Below, one piece after another: positions 1 to 7,977 of a stretch of 64,000 nucleotides of DNA (its first letter is position 1; each line of letters opens with the position of its first letter). Source of the stretch: Candidatus Rifleibacteriota bacterium (GTDB lineage: Bacteria > Muiribacteriota > Ozemobacteria > Ozemobacterales > Ozemobacteraceae); contig JAFPZP010000066.1 of the NCBI GenBank assembly GCA_017417215.1, positions 82,814 through 146,813 of the forward strand, in the 5' to 3' direction. A model generated the notes under the pieces. That model was not told the origin of the DNA and did no database searches. It worked only from the letters and a program-made list of their open reading frames with translations. The position numbers were made by a program, and so were the translations under genes.

Positions 1-323
1 ATAAGAGAAGAAAAAGAAGATTTTAGAAAGCAACCTGTAATAGTTGGGACTTTAAAAAATATTTTAAAGGTTCCGAATAATAGGGCTCCTAAAAAATATA
101 AGCAGATAACAAATGTTGAGCATGCTAGTCCTGATTCGGGGAAATTAGAAGAACCTAAGTCATAGGTTATTCCCAGGCAGACTAAGATAAGAAAAATCGG
201 AGTGAGAAAAAAAACAGCTCTATTATATTTTACAAGCTTAGAGATGCTGGTTTTTGTTCCACAATATAGGCAGTAAGCGACATCATTTGGTATTTGCATG
301 CCGCATTCCGGACATGTCTTCAA
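1..323 (-). CDS. zinc-ribbon membrane protein, N-terminal part only (ORF runs off window start)
   Basis: The minus frame is open from TTG at 323 (2 nt after the asparaginase stop) to base 1. It is absent from the track because it is open-ended. The translation starts LKTCPECGMQIPNDVAYCLYCGTK (CxxC-x10-CxxC zinc ribbon), then a hydrophobic FFLTPIFLILVCLGI. A competing + frame 1..165 is also open. Confidence 0.4.
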   Translation of the reverse strand, partial: MKTCPECGMQIPNDVAYCLYCGTKTSISKLVKYNRAVFFLTPIFLILVCLGITYDLGSSNFPESGLACSTFVICLYFLGALLFGTFKIFFKVPTITGCFLKSSFSSL

Positions 324-324
324 G

Positions 325-1344
325 TTATTTTACCTCGTGAAGTTCTCCAACAAAGCATTTTTGCATCATAGAATCAATGCTTTCGATATCATCGGTTTGC
401 CCGAGAACCCACATTAGTTTAACCATTGCTGTTTCTGGAGTCATATCCATTGCAGGTATTGCACCTACGTCTAAGGCTGCTCTGCCTACCTGGTAAAGTT
501 CCATTTCTGTGGATCCTAGTATACATTGGGTACATACAACGACAGGAACTTTTCTTTCAATAGCAGACTTTATTGCTGGAATGAGATTAATATTTTCGTC
601 TGTAGGAAGGTTTCCTGCACCGTAGCCTTCTATTATTATTCCAGAATGGGTTTGGGCAAGATACTCAATTATTTCGGGTTTTATTCCAGGGTAAACAGGT
701 ATCATAGCTACGTTAGAATTTAGGAAGGGTCTGAGCAGAGGTTTTTTCTTGCTTCTTAGATGAGCTGAATCGTCATATTTTATAGATAGACCTATTTTTC
801 CAAGAGGATTATCGTTAACAGAAACAAAAGCCTGCATATCGAATGCAGACATCTTTTTTGCTCTGGTTCCTCTTATTATTTGGGAACCGAATACTACGGC
901 AACTTCAGCTAAGTCTGAAATAGCTACTCTGACTGCGTTTATTAGGTTTGAACGACCGTCGGAGCCGATTTCTTCTAAGGGCACTTGAGCACCTGTTATT
1001 ACAATAGGTTTATTAAGTTCCTGAAGCATAAAGGAAAGTGCCGCGGCGGTATAGCAGAGAGTATCTGTTCCATGGGCAACGACAAAGCCGTCAAAATCTT
1101 TTATTCTTTGGAAAATAGCTTTTGATATTGTTAACCAGGTAGAAGGCGTGAAATTACTTGAATCTATGTTGACTATAGGAAGTATTTCTATTTCTGCCAG
1201 AGAACTTAATTCTGGAATAGCCTTGATTAGCTTATTTGCATCTTCGCAGGGTTGTAAAGCTCCATTAGAGCTTTTCAGCATGGTAATAGTCCCACCTGTG
1301 GTAAGAAGCAAAATTTTAGGTTTTGTATCTTTTGATTCAGTCAT
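325..1344 (-). CDS. ansA: L-asparaginase, type I (cytoplasmic) family
   Basis: 339 aa. It has the catalytic threonine motifs LLLTTGGTITM and VVAHGTDTL typical of the asparaginase/glutaminase fold. Confidence 0.8.
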   Translation of the reverse strand: MTESKDTKPKILLLTTGGTITMLKSSNGALQPCEDANKLIKAIPELSSLAEIEILPIVNIDSSNFTPSTWLTISKAIFQRIKDFDGFVVAHGTDTLCYTAAALSFMLQELNKPIVITGAQVPLEEIGSDGRSNLINAVRVAISDLAEVAVVFGSQIIRGTRAKKMSAFDMQAFVSVNDNPLGKIGLSIKYDDSAHLRSKKKPLLRPFLNSNVAMIPVYPGIKPEIIEYLAQTHSGIIIEGYGAGNLPTDENINLIPAIKSAIERKVPVVVCTQCILGSTEMELYQVGRAALDVGAIPAMDMTPETAMVKLMWVLGQTDDIESIDSMMQKCFVGELHEVK

Positions 1345-1358
1345 TTATTTCTCCTTTA

Positions 1359-2744
1359 CTAGAAGACATATTCAAGACCGAAATTGATTTTTTCATCATC
1401 TGCAGCATCATCTAATCTTAATTCAAAAGTAATGTGTTCGTTAATTAAATAACTAGCTTTCAATCTTACTTCAGAATCTTTTGTATCGATTAAATCAACG
1501 CTTAGCATTAAATCTTTAGCTATTTTATAGTCTACGCCAACGCCGACTTTAGATTTCATGATACCAGCTCTTTTTATGAATTTTGTATCAGCATCTCTAG
1601 CTAACATGGCATTAATATCGTTTTCATTGCCGACATCTTCCATACCGATTCGGAAGAAATAAGTGCTGTTCGGATAAATATCTACGTTGATATCAGACAA
1701 GAAGTCTTCTGTATCTTTGTGATATCTGAGCAAATATTTGAAATCAACTTTTGTTTGTTGAATGTTGAGGAATACTTTGTCTACTGCTTTTGCAAGTTTA
1801 TGAGCATCATCTAATGTGGTGCTGACTTGTTTCTTTATGTCTTTATCAACAATTATTTCCTTAACTTCTTTTGTGATTTCTTTTGCATTTTCGGAAGCAT
1901 CTTTCAAGGAATCCATTGTAGCGCGGATATCAGTAGTAATCTTATCGTCTGCGTTCAACTTGGCTATCATATCGTCTAGCTTATCTGTTGAAGTCTTAAT
2001 ATTAGCAAGAATTTCCTTGAGGTTTTCTCTGTTGCCTGTTCCGGTAATCTTATCAATATTGCTGCTGATATTCTTAAAGTTTTCAACAATTTGTTTTATA
2101 TCTTTGCGGTTTTTGTCTATTTCATCAGAAACGCTATTAAGTATCTTGTCGAGACTTTCAATTATGTGATCGCTTCTATTTCTAAGGGAGACGGTGATTT
2201 CATTGATATTATCAGAAGCATTTCTAGCATTGCGGAACATGGTTCTAGTATCTTCTTTAAGATCTGGGTCACCAATAATATCTTTGGCAGAAGCTGTTAA
2301 TTCCTGTAAACGCTGCAACAGAACGCTACCTTGTTCTATTAATTCATCCATTCTTACCGGGTCTGTACCTGCTATAACTTCGCCATTCGCGACATAAGGA
2401 GACGTATAGTCACGAGTAGGCATAATTTCAACGTATTTTTCACCCATTAGACCTGCTGAAGAAATGGTAAAAGTGCTTTTCCTTCTTATATGATGTTTTT
2501 TATCAGAGATATAGGCATGAACATAAACCTGGTCGTCAACTATTTCTATAGATGTTACCTTACCTATTTTAACACCGGACATAGAAACGTTTGAGCCTTT
2601 GCTCAGACCGTTAACTGCATAGAAGCTTATTGTAAAATTATAACCTTTTTCAGAAAAGCTAAAATCTCCGATAACGTATACCATATAGATAAGTACGGCT
2701 GAGGTAAGTAATGTCATTAAGCCGACTTTTAAATTTTGATTCAT
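1359..2744 (-). CDS. mlaD: long MCE/MlaD-family lipid-transport protein with helical extension and beta-rich C-terminus
   Basis: 461 aa. An N-terminal TM anchor (LMTLLTSAVLIYMVYVI) is followed by an MCE core (GLSKGSNVSMSGVKIGKVTSIE). Then come a roughly 250-aa charged helical region and a beta-strand-like tail ending GLEYVF. It lies last in the mlaF-mlaE-mlaD order. Confidence 0.75.
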   Translation of the reverse strand: MNQNLKVGLMTLLTSAVLIYMVYVIGDFSFSEKGYNFTISFYAVNGLSKGSNVSMSGVKIGKVTSIEIVDDQVYVHAYISDKKHHIRRKSTFTISSAGLMGEKYVEIMPTRDYTSPYVANGEVIAGTDPVRMDELIEQGSVLLQRLQELTASAKDIIGDPDLKEDTRTMFRNARNASDNINEITVSLRNRSDHIIESLDKILNSVSDEIDKNRKDIKQIVENFKNISSNIDKITGTGNRENLKEILANIKTSTDKLDDMIAKLNADDKITTDIRATMDSLKDASENAKEITKEVKEIIVDKDIKKQVSTTLDDAHKLAKAVDKVFLNIQQTKVDFKYLLRYHKDTEDFLSDINVDIYPNSTYFFRIGMEDVGNENDINAMLARDADTKFIKRAGIMKSKVGVGVDYKIAKDLMLSVDLIDTKDSEVRLKASYLINEHITFELRLDDAADDEKINFGLEYVF

Positions 2745-2768
2745 TATTTTGTCTCCTAATTTAGTTTA

Positions 2769-3515
2769 TCAAAGAAGTGTCATAGGTCCTTGTGACTCAC
2801 CTTTAATAAACTGTTGAACCATGGGGTTGGGTGAATTCAATATTTCTTCTTTTGTTCCTATTTCTACTATCTGACCACCGTAATGTAATGCGACACGATC
2901 ACATATACGGAAAGCTGATTTCATATCGTGAGTAACTACAATTGATGTAACACCAAGTTTTTCTTTAAGACTTAGGTGAAGTTCATCTATTGCAGAAGTC
3001 ATAATTGGGTCGAGACCTGTTGTTGGCTCATCGTATAGAATTATTTCAGGTTCCATAGCAATGGCGCGGGCTAGACCTACTCTTTTTCTCATACCACCAG
3101 ATAATTCAGAAGGCATGAGATAGTTTGTTCCTGGTAAACCGACCATTTCTAGTTTTTCAGAAACCAGATGATGTAATGCTAGTGTTGAAAGCTTAGTATG
3201 ACGCCTTAAAGCAAAAGCAATATTATCTTCAACATTTAAGGAGTCGAATAATGCAGCAGACTGGAAAAGCATACCCATTCTCATTCTCAGTAAATCTAAC
3301 TGGTTTGTGTTATAGGTTGTAATATCTTCTCCGTCAATGATAACCTGACCGCTATCCGGCTTCATTAAGCCTATTATATGCTTTAGTAATACGCTTTTCC
3401 CACAACCGGATGGTCCAAGTATAACAAGAGACTCCCCATCGTATATTTTGAGGTTGACGCCTTTTAATACTTGTTTTGGACCAAATCTTTTGTGAACGTT
3501 AGATACTATAATCAT
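2769..3515 (-). CDS. mlaF: ABC transporter ATP-binding protein, MlaF-like
   Basis: 248 aa with Walker A GPSGCGKS, ABC signature LSGGMRKR and Walker B ILYDEPTTGLD. A TAATG 1-nt overlap joins it to the upstream permease gene. Confidence 0.85.
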   Translation of the reverse strand: MIIVSNVHKRFGPKQVLKGVNLKIYDGESLVILGPSGCGKSVLLKHIIGLMKPDSGQVIIDGEDITTYNTNQLDLLRMRMGMLFQSAALFDSLNVEDNIAFALRRHTKLSTLALHHLVSEKLEMVGLPGTNYLMPSELSGGMRKRVGLARAIAMEPEIILYDEPTTGLDPIMTSAIDELHLSLKEKLGVTSIVVTHDMKSAFRICDRVALHYGGQIVEIGTKEEILNSPNPMVQQFIKGESQGPMTLL

Positions 3516-4291
3516 TATTGTAAATATGCATTATTAAAGTTTGTAATAGCAACAGTCAAGAAGTAATTTACTGCAATTATCAACATAATGGCAATAACAA
3601 CTGCACTGGTTGTACTTTTACCTACACCTTCTGCACCACCATCTGTAGTAAAGCCTTTATAACAGCCTACTATAGCGATAATACCTCCAAATATTATTGC
3701 TTTTAAAAGTCCTCCCATTAAATCTTGTATTTTCAACAAATATAGAATGGAGTCTTTAAAAGATTCAAATGTGAGTCCTATTTGATATATGGCTGTAATT
3801 GAGCCGCCTACCATACCAAAAGCATTAGATACTACTGTTAATAAGAAGAGCATGGTTGTGCAGCCCCAGAATCTCGGAACTACCAGGTAGTCTACTGGAT
3901 TAGTAGCCATAGTTTCCAGAGCGTCTATCTGCTCTGTAATTTTCATAGTTCCTATTTCGGCGGCCATTGAGCTTCCTATACGGCCAGCTACAACGATTGC
4001 TGTCATAATCGGGGCAATTTCTCTTGTCATTGCCAGGGCAACAACACCTCCGACGTAACTTTGAGCGCCCATATTAGCGAATTGGAAACCTATTTGAACT
4101 ACCAAAACTGCGCCAAGTGAGAATCCGCTGATGGCTACCATCAAAAAGGAGTCAACACCAATGATTGACATTTGATTAATTAAATTTTTGAAGCTGAATT
4201 TCTTGTTTCTTAAGCTTTCTACGGTCCAATATAAGGTTTGTAAAAAGAGTATTGTTTGTGCTCCAGCAGCTTCAATAAAGGACTTTATCAT
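3515..4291 (-). CDS. mlaE: ABC transporter permease, MlaE-like
   Basis: 258-aa polytopic protein with the conserved MlaE-type stretch REIAPIMTAIVVAGRIGSSMAAEIGTMKITEQIDALE. Confidence 0.8.
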   Translation of the reverse strand: MIKSFIEAAGAQTILFLQTLYWTVESLRNKKFSFKNLINQMSIIGVDSFLMVAISGFSLGAVLVVQIGFQFANMGAQSYVGGVVALAMTREIAPIMTAIVVAGRIGSSMAAEIGTMKITEQIDALETMATNPVDYLVVPRFWGCTTMLFLLTVVSNAFGMVGGSITAIYQIGLTFESFKDSILYLLKIQDLMGGLLKAIIFGGIIAIVGCYKGFTTDGGAEGVGKSTTSAVVIAIMLIIAVNYFLTVAITNFNNAYLQ

Positions 4292-4294
4292 CTA

Positions 4295-6184
4295 TTATTC
4301 CTCGCTCAGAGTCAAAGTAGTATCGACTCTGCCTGTAACTACCAGATTAGTAGGTTGAATTTCATAATCTTTATTGTTCATTTTCAACTTTTTGTTTTCG
4401 TCACCTTCAACTGTGATTTGAAATAGTATATCAGAGTTTTTGGGAGCACTAGCCCAGCTTCTTATCACAGAAGAAAAATCAGATGAATTGGTTTCTTCTA
4501 GTTTATAGTTTGATGTTTTGCCTTCTTTTGAATCTGAAGGAATATCAAGATCTTCAACTTTCATATTTAAGCCGAATACAGAAAGAGTAAGACTTTCTTT
4601 ACCTATATCCTGAGGAATAGGCAATTTAACTTTTCTGATAAACTTGGGTTCTCTAAATGGTTTTAAAGTAACTTCAACGTCAAGAACACCGCCGCTAGAA
4701 ACAGAAGAATTTTTTACTTCAACTTTTTCTATGGTAAGGGTTCGGCGTTTGTTTTCTATTTCTATTTTCAGAAGTATTCTTGTAGGCAAGACTTCGTCGA
4801 ATTCGCTTTCGCTAATCATGTCTACGAGACTGGTGACTTCATTGGTAAGAACCTGGCAAATATCTGTTTTTGAGTAGAAAAGGTTTTCACGTCTGAAATT
4901 ATAGTTTTCACCTTTTTTGCTGGAGCAATCCATAGATATGCTCATTAAGGCAGTTCCAGGTCCTTCTCTGTCTATAGCACCTTCTAAGGCTTGCATGATT
5001 GTGGTATCTAAGACTGTGCTCAGAATAGAAGCATCTTTAACAATCTGATAGTTAATGCTTTTTTCTATTCCTAGAGTTTTATCGTTAACATCAATTTTTA
5101 CAGGAATCATTGTTGGGAGTTTCCCTATAACAGCGCTTATGCCTTTTTCTCTATCTTGTTCAACAGTGCCAAGCATTTCTGTTGGGGCACCTATTTTAAA
5201 CGGCATTTGAACACTACCAAAGGAGTGGTGTATATAAGCGCCTGTTAAAAGAAAAGAAACATTACCTTTTTTCAAAAAGGAATGGGCTAATCCAAGTATT
5301 CTTTCGCCTTCTCTGTGAGTCAGAGTTCCTAAGGTGGTTACGTTAATATCACCTCTGGCTAATTGTATGCCTATTGAGGAACCTGGTTCATAATAATCTG
5401 GTGAAATAATAGCGAAATAACCAGACATATCGGTAGAATCTTCGTTGTTTTTGGAGTCTGTGACTATAACGTTTTTTCTATTCAGTCTGGCTTTTATGCT
5501 TTCTGATACTCGGTTTTTGTTTATATCATCAATTCTTATTTCTGTAGCAGCCTGAGAGAAAACAACTTCATTAGTTTGAGGAACAACAGCTTTTGCAAGT
5601 GAATATGGAGCTTCTATTATTGTGTCTATCTTTTTCGAGCCAATTTTTACGGGTTTATCAAGATGATGTTTTTGTAAATAACCTGTTTTTATACCTGATT
5701 TTGATTTGGAGTCGCTTGGATAATTCCATATTTCAAGCATTTCTTCTATAGGAGTTACAAGACCAACAGTGTGGTCTGTCATCAACCAACCGGAGCTTAT
5801 ACCGCCGACAAGTTTATTGTCTATATAAATAGGGCTTCCGCTCATTCCGGCAGCAATACCGCCAGCTTTTTTTATAACATCTCCACTTACTTTAACAAGA
5901 ATTGATTTCCCATTAATAAGAGCACTTTCGTTTATTTTGTTGTTTGAGCAGATTCCCAAAATTTCAACATCAAATTTTTCAATTTTGCGGCCAGAAACGA
6001 CAGTTTTTCCAAAGCCTTTCATACCGACTTGAAGTTCTTTTACCGGGAAAAATTCTACTTCAGCAGCTAAAGCAGGAATAGCATTCCAAATCAGGAATGC
6101 TATGAAAAATATATTTACAAGCTTAAAAGTTTTTTTATCTCTTTGTAACAAGAATCCCATTAGAAATTCTTCGCTCCGATCCAT
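4295..6184 (-). CDS. secreted serine peptidase, SpoIVB/S55-like
   Basis: 629-aa ORF with a signal-anchor (FKLVNIFFIAFLIWNAIPALAAE) and the GMSGSPIYIDNKLVGGIS motif seen around the catalytic Ser of S55 peptidases. An alternative start at 6160 (MGFLL) is possible. It overlaps the upstream gene stop at 6135. Confidence 0.55.
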   Translation of the reverse strand: MDRSEEFLMGFLLQRDKKTFKLVNIFFIAFLIWNAIPALAAEVEFFPVKELQVGMKGFGKTVVSGRKIEKFDVEILGICSNNKINESALINGKSILVKVSGDVIKKAGGIAAGMSGSPIYIDNKLVGGISSGWLMTDHTVGLVTPIEEMLEIWNYPSDSKSKSGIKTGYLQKHHLDKPVKIGSKKIDTIIEAPYSLAKAVVPQTNEVVFSQAATEIRIDDINKNRVSESIKARLNRKNVIVTDSKNNEDSTDMSGYFAIISPDYYEPGSSIGIQLARGDINVTTLGTLTHREGERILGLAHSFLKKGNVSFLLTGAYIHHSFGSVQMPFKIGAPTEMLGTVEQDREKGISAVIGKLPTMIPVKIDVNDKTLGIEKSINYQIVKDASILSTVLDTTIMQALEGAIDREGPGTALMSISMDCSSKKGENYNFRRENLFYSKTDICQVLTNEVTSLVDMISESEFDEVLPTRILLKIEIENKRRTLTIEKVEVKNSSVSSGGVLDVEVTLKPFREPKFIRKVKLPIPQDIGKESLTLSVFGLNMKVEDLDIPSDSKEGKTSNYKLEETNSSDFSSVIRSWASAPKNSDILFQITVEGDENKKLKMNNKDYEIQPTNLVVTGRVDTTLTLSEE

Positions 6185-7751
6185 CAGAAGGTCTGTTAAT
6201 TATTTTACCATTTAGATACATTGCTGTCGAACCCCCACCATCAAGATTTATTGCATGCATGCAACCTAATCTCTGAAGGTATTCTGCCAGTTCTTGGAGC
6301 TTCATTCCAATACTGTCTTTTTTTCTTCCATCAACTGCTATTAATAGCAAGTCACCGTCAAAGGTCATTGCAACCGCTGTTCTTGGATGTCTACCATTGA
6401 TAATTGAATTATCAAATTTTTCTTCTACACCGTTTATGCTTACTTTACCATTTGCCAAGAGTCTTGGTCCACCGCAAAGAGCATGTTTTATACTATTCCA
6501 AGGTTTATCTATAGAATAATCTAATTCTACAGAATTTCCAAGACTTAGAGAACTAAGCATAGAAGCTTTTACACCACCAGCAGAAACAACAACTCCATCG
6601 GGAGGAATCAAGGCATCTTTTTTATGGATACCTACGATTTTACCTTTAACTATAACGAATTCTTTGCCTAATTCAGCAGTTAAAGTGCTTCTTGCGTATT
6701 CAGGAGTAAATACAACAAGCGAGCTGCCACGACGAGGTTGGTTAACAGCATCTATTTTCAGTGTTATTTTACCAGACCTTAGAGTTCCTGAAAAGTCTGG
6801 ATTACCAAAAATAAGTTTATCATCTTCTGTTATACCAAAAACTGACCTTTTGTACAAAGGGGAACTTATTAATTTTCTATTAATTATTAAAGTGCCGATT
6901 GGATCGCCTCTCCAGGTGAAGTAGCTGCCATTTATACCAGCAACAGCATTATATCTTTTTGCCATAGAAGAAAGATTTTCTCTTTGAGCAATACCTTCAT
7001 TGGCTAATATTGGAAGTACTTGTATTTTGTCGGAAAGGGCTTCTATACGCAATATATGAACATCAGACCAACCTGAACCAGACTTGCCTCTGTCATGGTA
7101 GTAGGTTAAACCTTCAGCTATTTCTTCGCCTTTTCTTAAGGAAAAACGGCTCTTTCTACTTTGATAAGGAACGCAGAGCTTGAATATGCCAGCTGTGTCA
7201 GAAGCAGTGTATGGATTGCCTATTTTACCTTTTGAACTGAAAAGTATTTCAGTATAGTATTCTGTTTCGTAAACAGCAGTTTTTTCGAAACTCTGATTTA
7301 ATTTTTCTTTATTTTTCTTATCAGTAAACTTTACCGGTGGAATAATTCTTAGTTTTAAAAGTTGTCCGCCTTGATTTTTTCTCATTATTTTGACAGGTTT
7401 TGATATTGTAAGTTCTGCTATATCATAACTTGCTTCTCTTCTGATTTTAACATCAGTAATTTTTATATTATCTTCTTTGGCGGTTGATTTGTTTTGCTTA
7501 GAAGATTTCTTTTCTTTGTTGGGATTGTTAGTTACCGGGTTTTCTTTTTTTATTTTGGGGGTAGGGAGACTTTCTTTTTCAGAAAGGCTATCATCTTCGC
7601 AGTTTTCAGGAATAGGCATTTCATCTTCTGTCATTTGGTCGTAAACCGTGCTTGAATCATTGCTTTCAGAAGTTTTCATGTCAAAAAAGACTTCTTCAGA
7701 GCTATTATCGTAATCAGAAAGATTAGAATAACTGCTCTCATTGGTTTGCAT
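6135..7751 (-). CDS. phosphodiester glycosidase family protein (DUF2233/NAGPA-like)
   Basis: 538 aa from the ATG at 7751. The C-terminal domain carries INLDGGGSTAMY, characteristic of phosphodiester glycosidases. The N-terminal linker is acidic and Lys-rich. The true start may be an ATT at 7820 that adds a signal anchor (see findings). Confidence 0.6.
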   Translation of the reverse strand: MQTNESSYSNLSDYDNSSEEVFFDMKTSESNDSSTVYDQMTEDEMPIPENCEDDSLSEKESLPTPKIKKENPVTNNPNKEKKSSKQNKSTAKEDNIKITDVKIRREASYDIAELTISKPVKIMRKNQGGQLLKLRIIPPVKFTDKKNKEKLNQSFEKTAVYETEYYTEILFSSKGKIGNPYTASDTAGIFKLCVPYQSRKSRFSLRKGEEIAEGLTYYHDRGKSGSGWSDVHILRIEALSDKIQVLPILANEGIAQRENLSSMAKRYNAVAGINGSYFTWRGDPIGTLIINRKLISSPLYKRSVFGITEDDKLIFGNPDFSGTLRSGKITLKIDAVNQPRRGSSLVVFTPEYARSTLTAELGKEFVIVKGKIVGIHKKDALIPPDGVVVSAGGVKASMLSSLSLGNSVELDYSIDKPWNSIKHALCGGPRLLANGKVSINGVEEKFDNSIINGRHPRTAVAMTFDGDLLLIAVDGRKKDSIGMKLQELAEYLQRLGCMHAINLDGGGSTAMYLNGKIINRPSDGSERRISNGILVTKR

Positions 7752-7921
7752 GTAGGCACCTATGAGAAATAGCTGTCCAATAACAAGCGAGAAGATAAAG
7801 ATTTTAGCGAATCGATTAATTTGTTTGCCTCTGTTTATGTTTATTTTTATTTATCGACATAAAATAGCATAATTTTAATCTCTTAGCTATTCTATGATTT
7901 AGATGAATATCTAACTTAATT

Positions 7922-7950
7922 TTGCATTTGTTTCTTACTTTATGTATAAT
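7922..7950 (+). promoter_or_regulatory. sigma70-like promoter candidate (TTGCAT-17-TATAAT)
   Basis: TTGCAT at 7922-7927, a 17-nt spacer, then TATAAT at 7945-7950. It sits about 28 nt upstream of the GGAG RBS and the ATG at 7978. Confidence 0.3.
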
Positions 7951-7977
7951 TTTTAAAAATAAAAATTGGAGTTCAAT

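Noticed and set aside
1-165. Open + strand frame ending at TAG 163-165 (…NVEHASPDSGKLEEPKS)
   Set aside because: It overlaps the longer minus-strand zinc-ribbon ORF, which has a strong CxxC-x10-CxxC motif. This cannot be settled without upstream sequence, so it is kept only as an alternative.
526-2397. Track ORFs 526..723, 1148..1387, 1816..2169, 2091..2300 and 2194..2397 (+)
   Set aside because: They are antisense to the asparaginase and mlaD genes. Their translations are low-complexity and hydrophobic, as is typical of shadow frames in AT-rich DNA.
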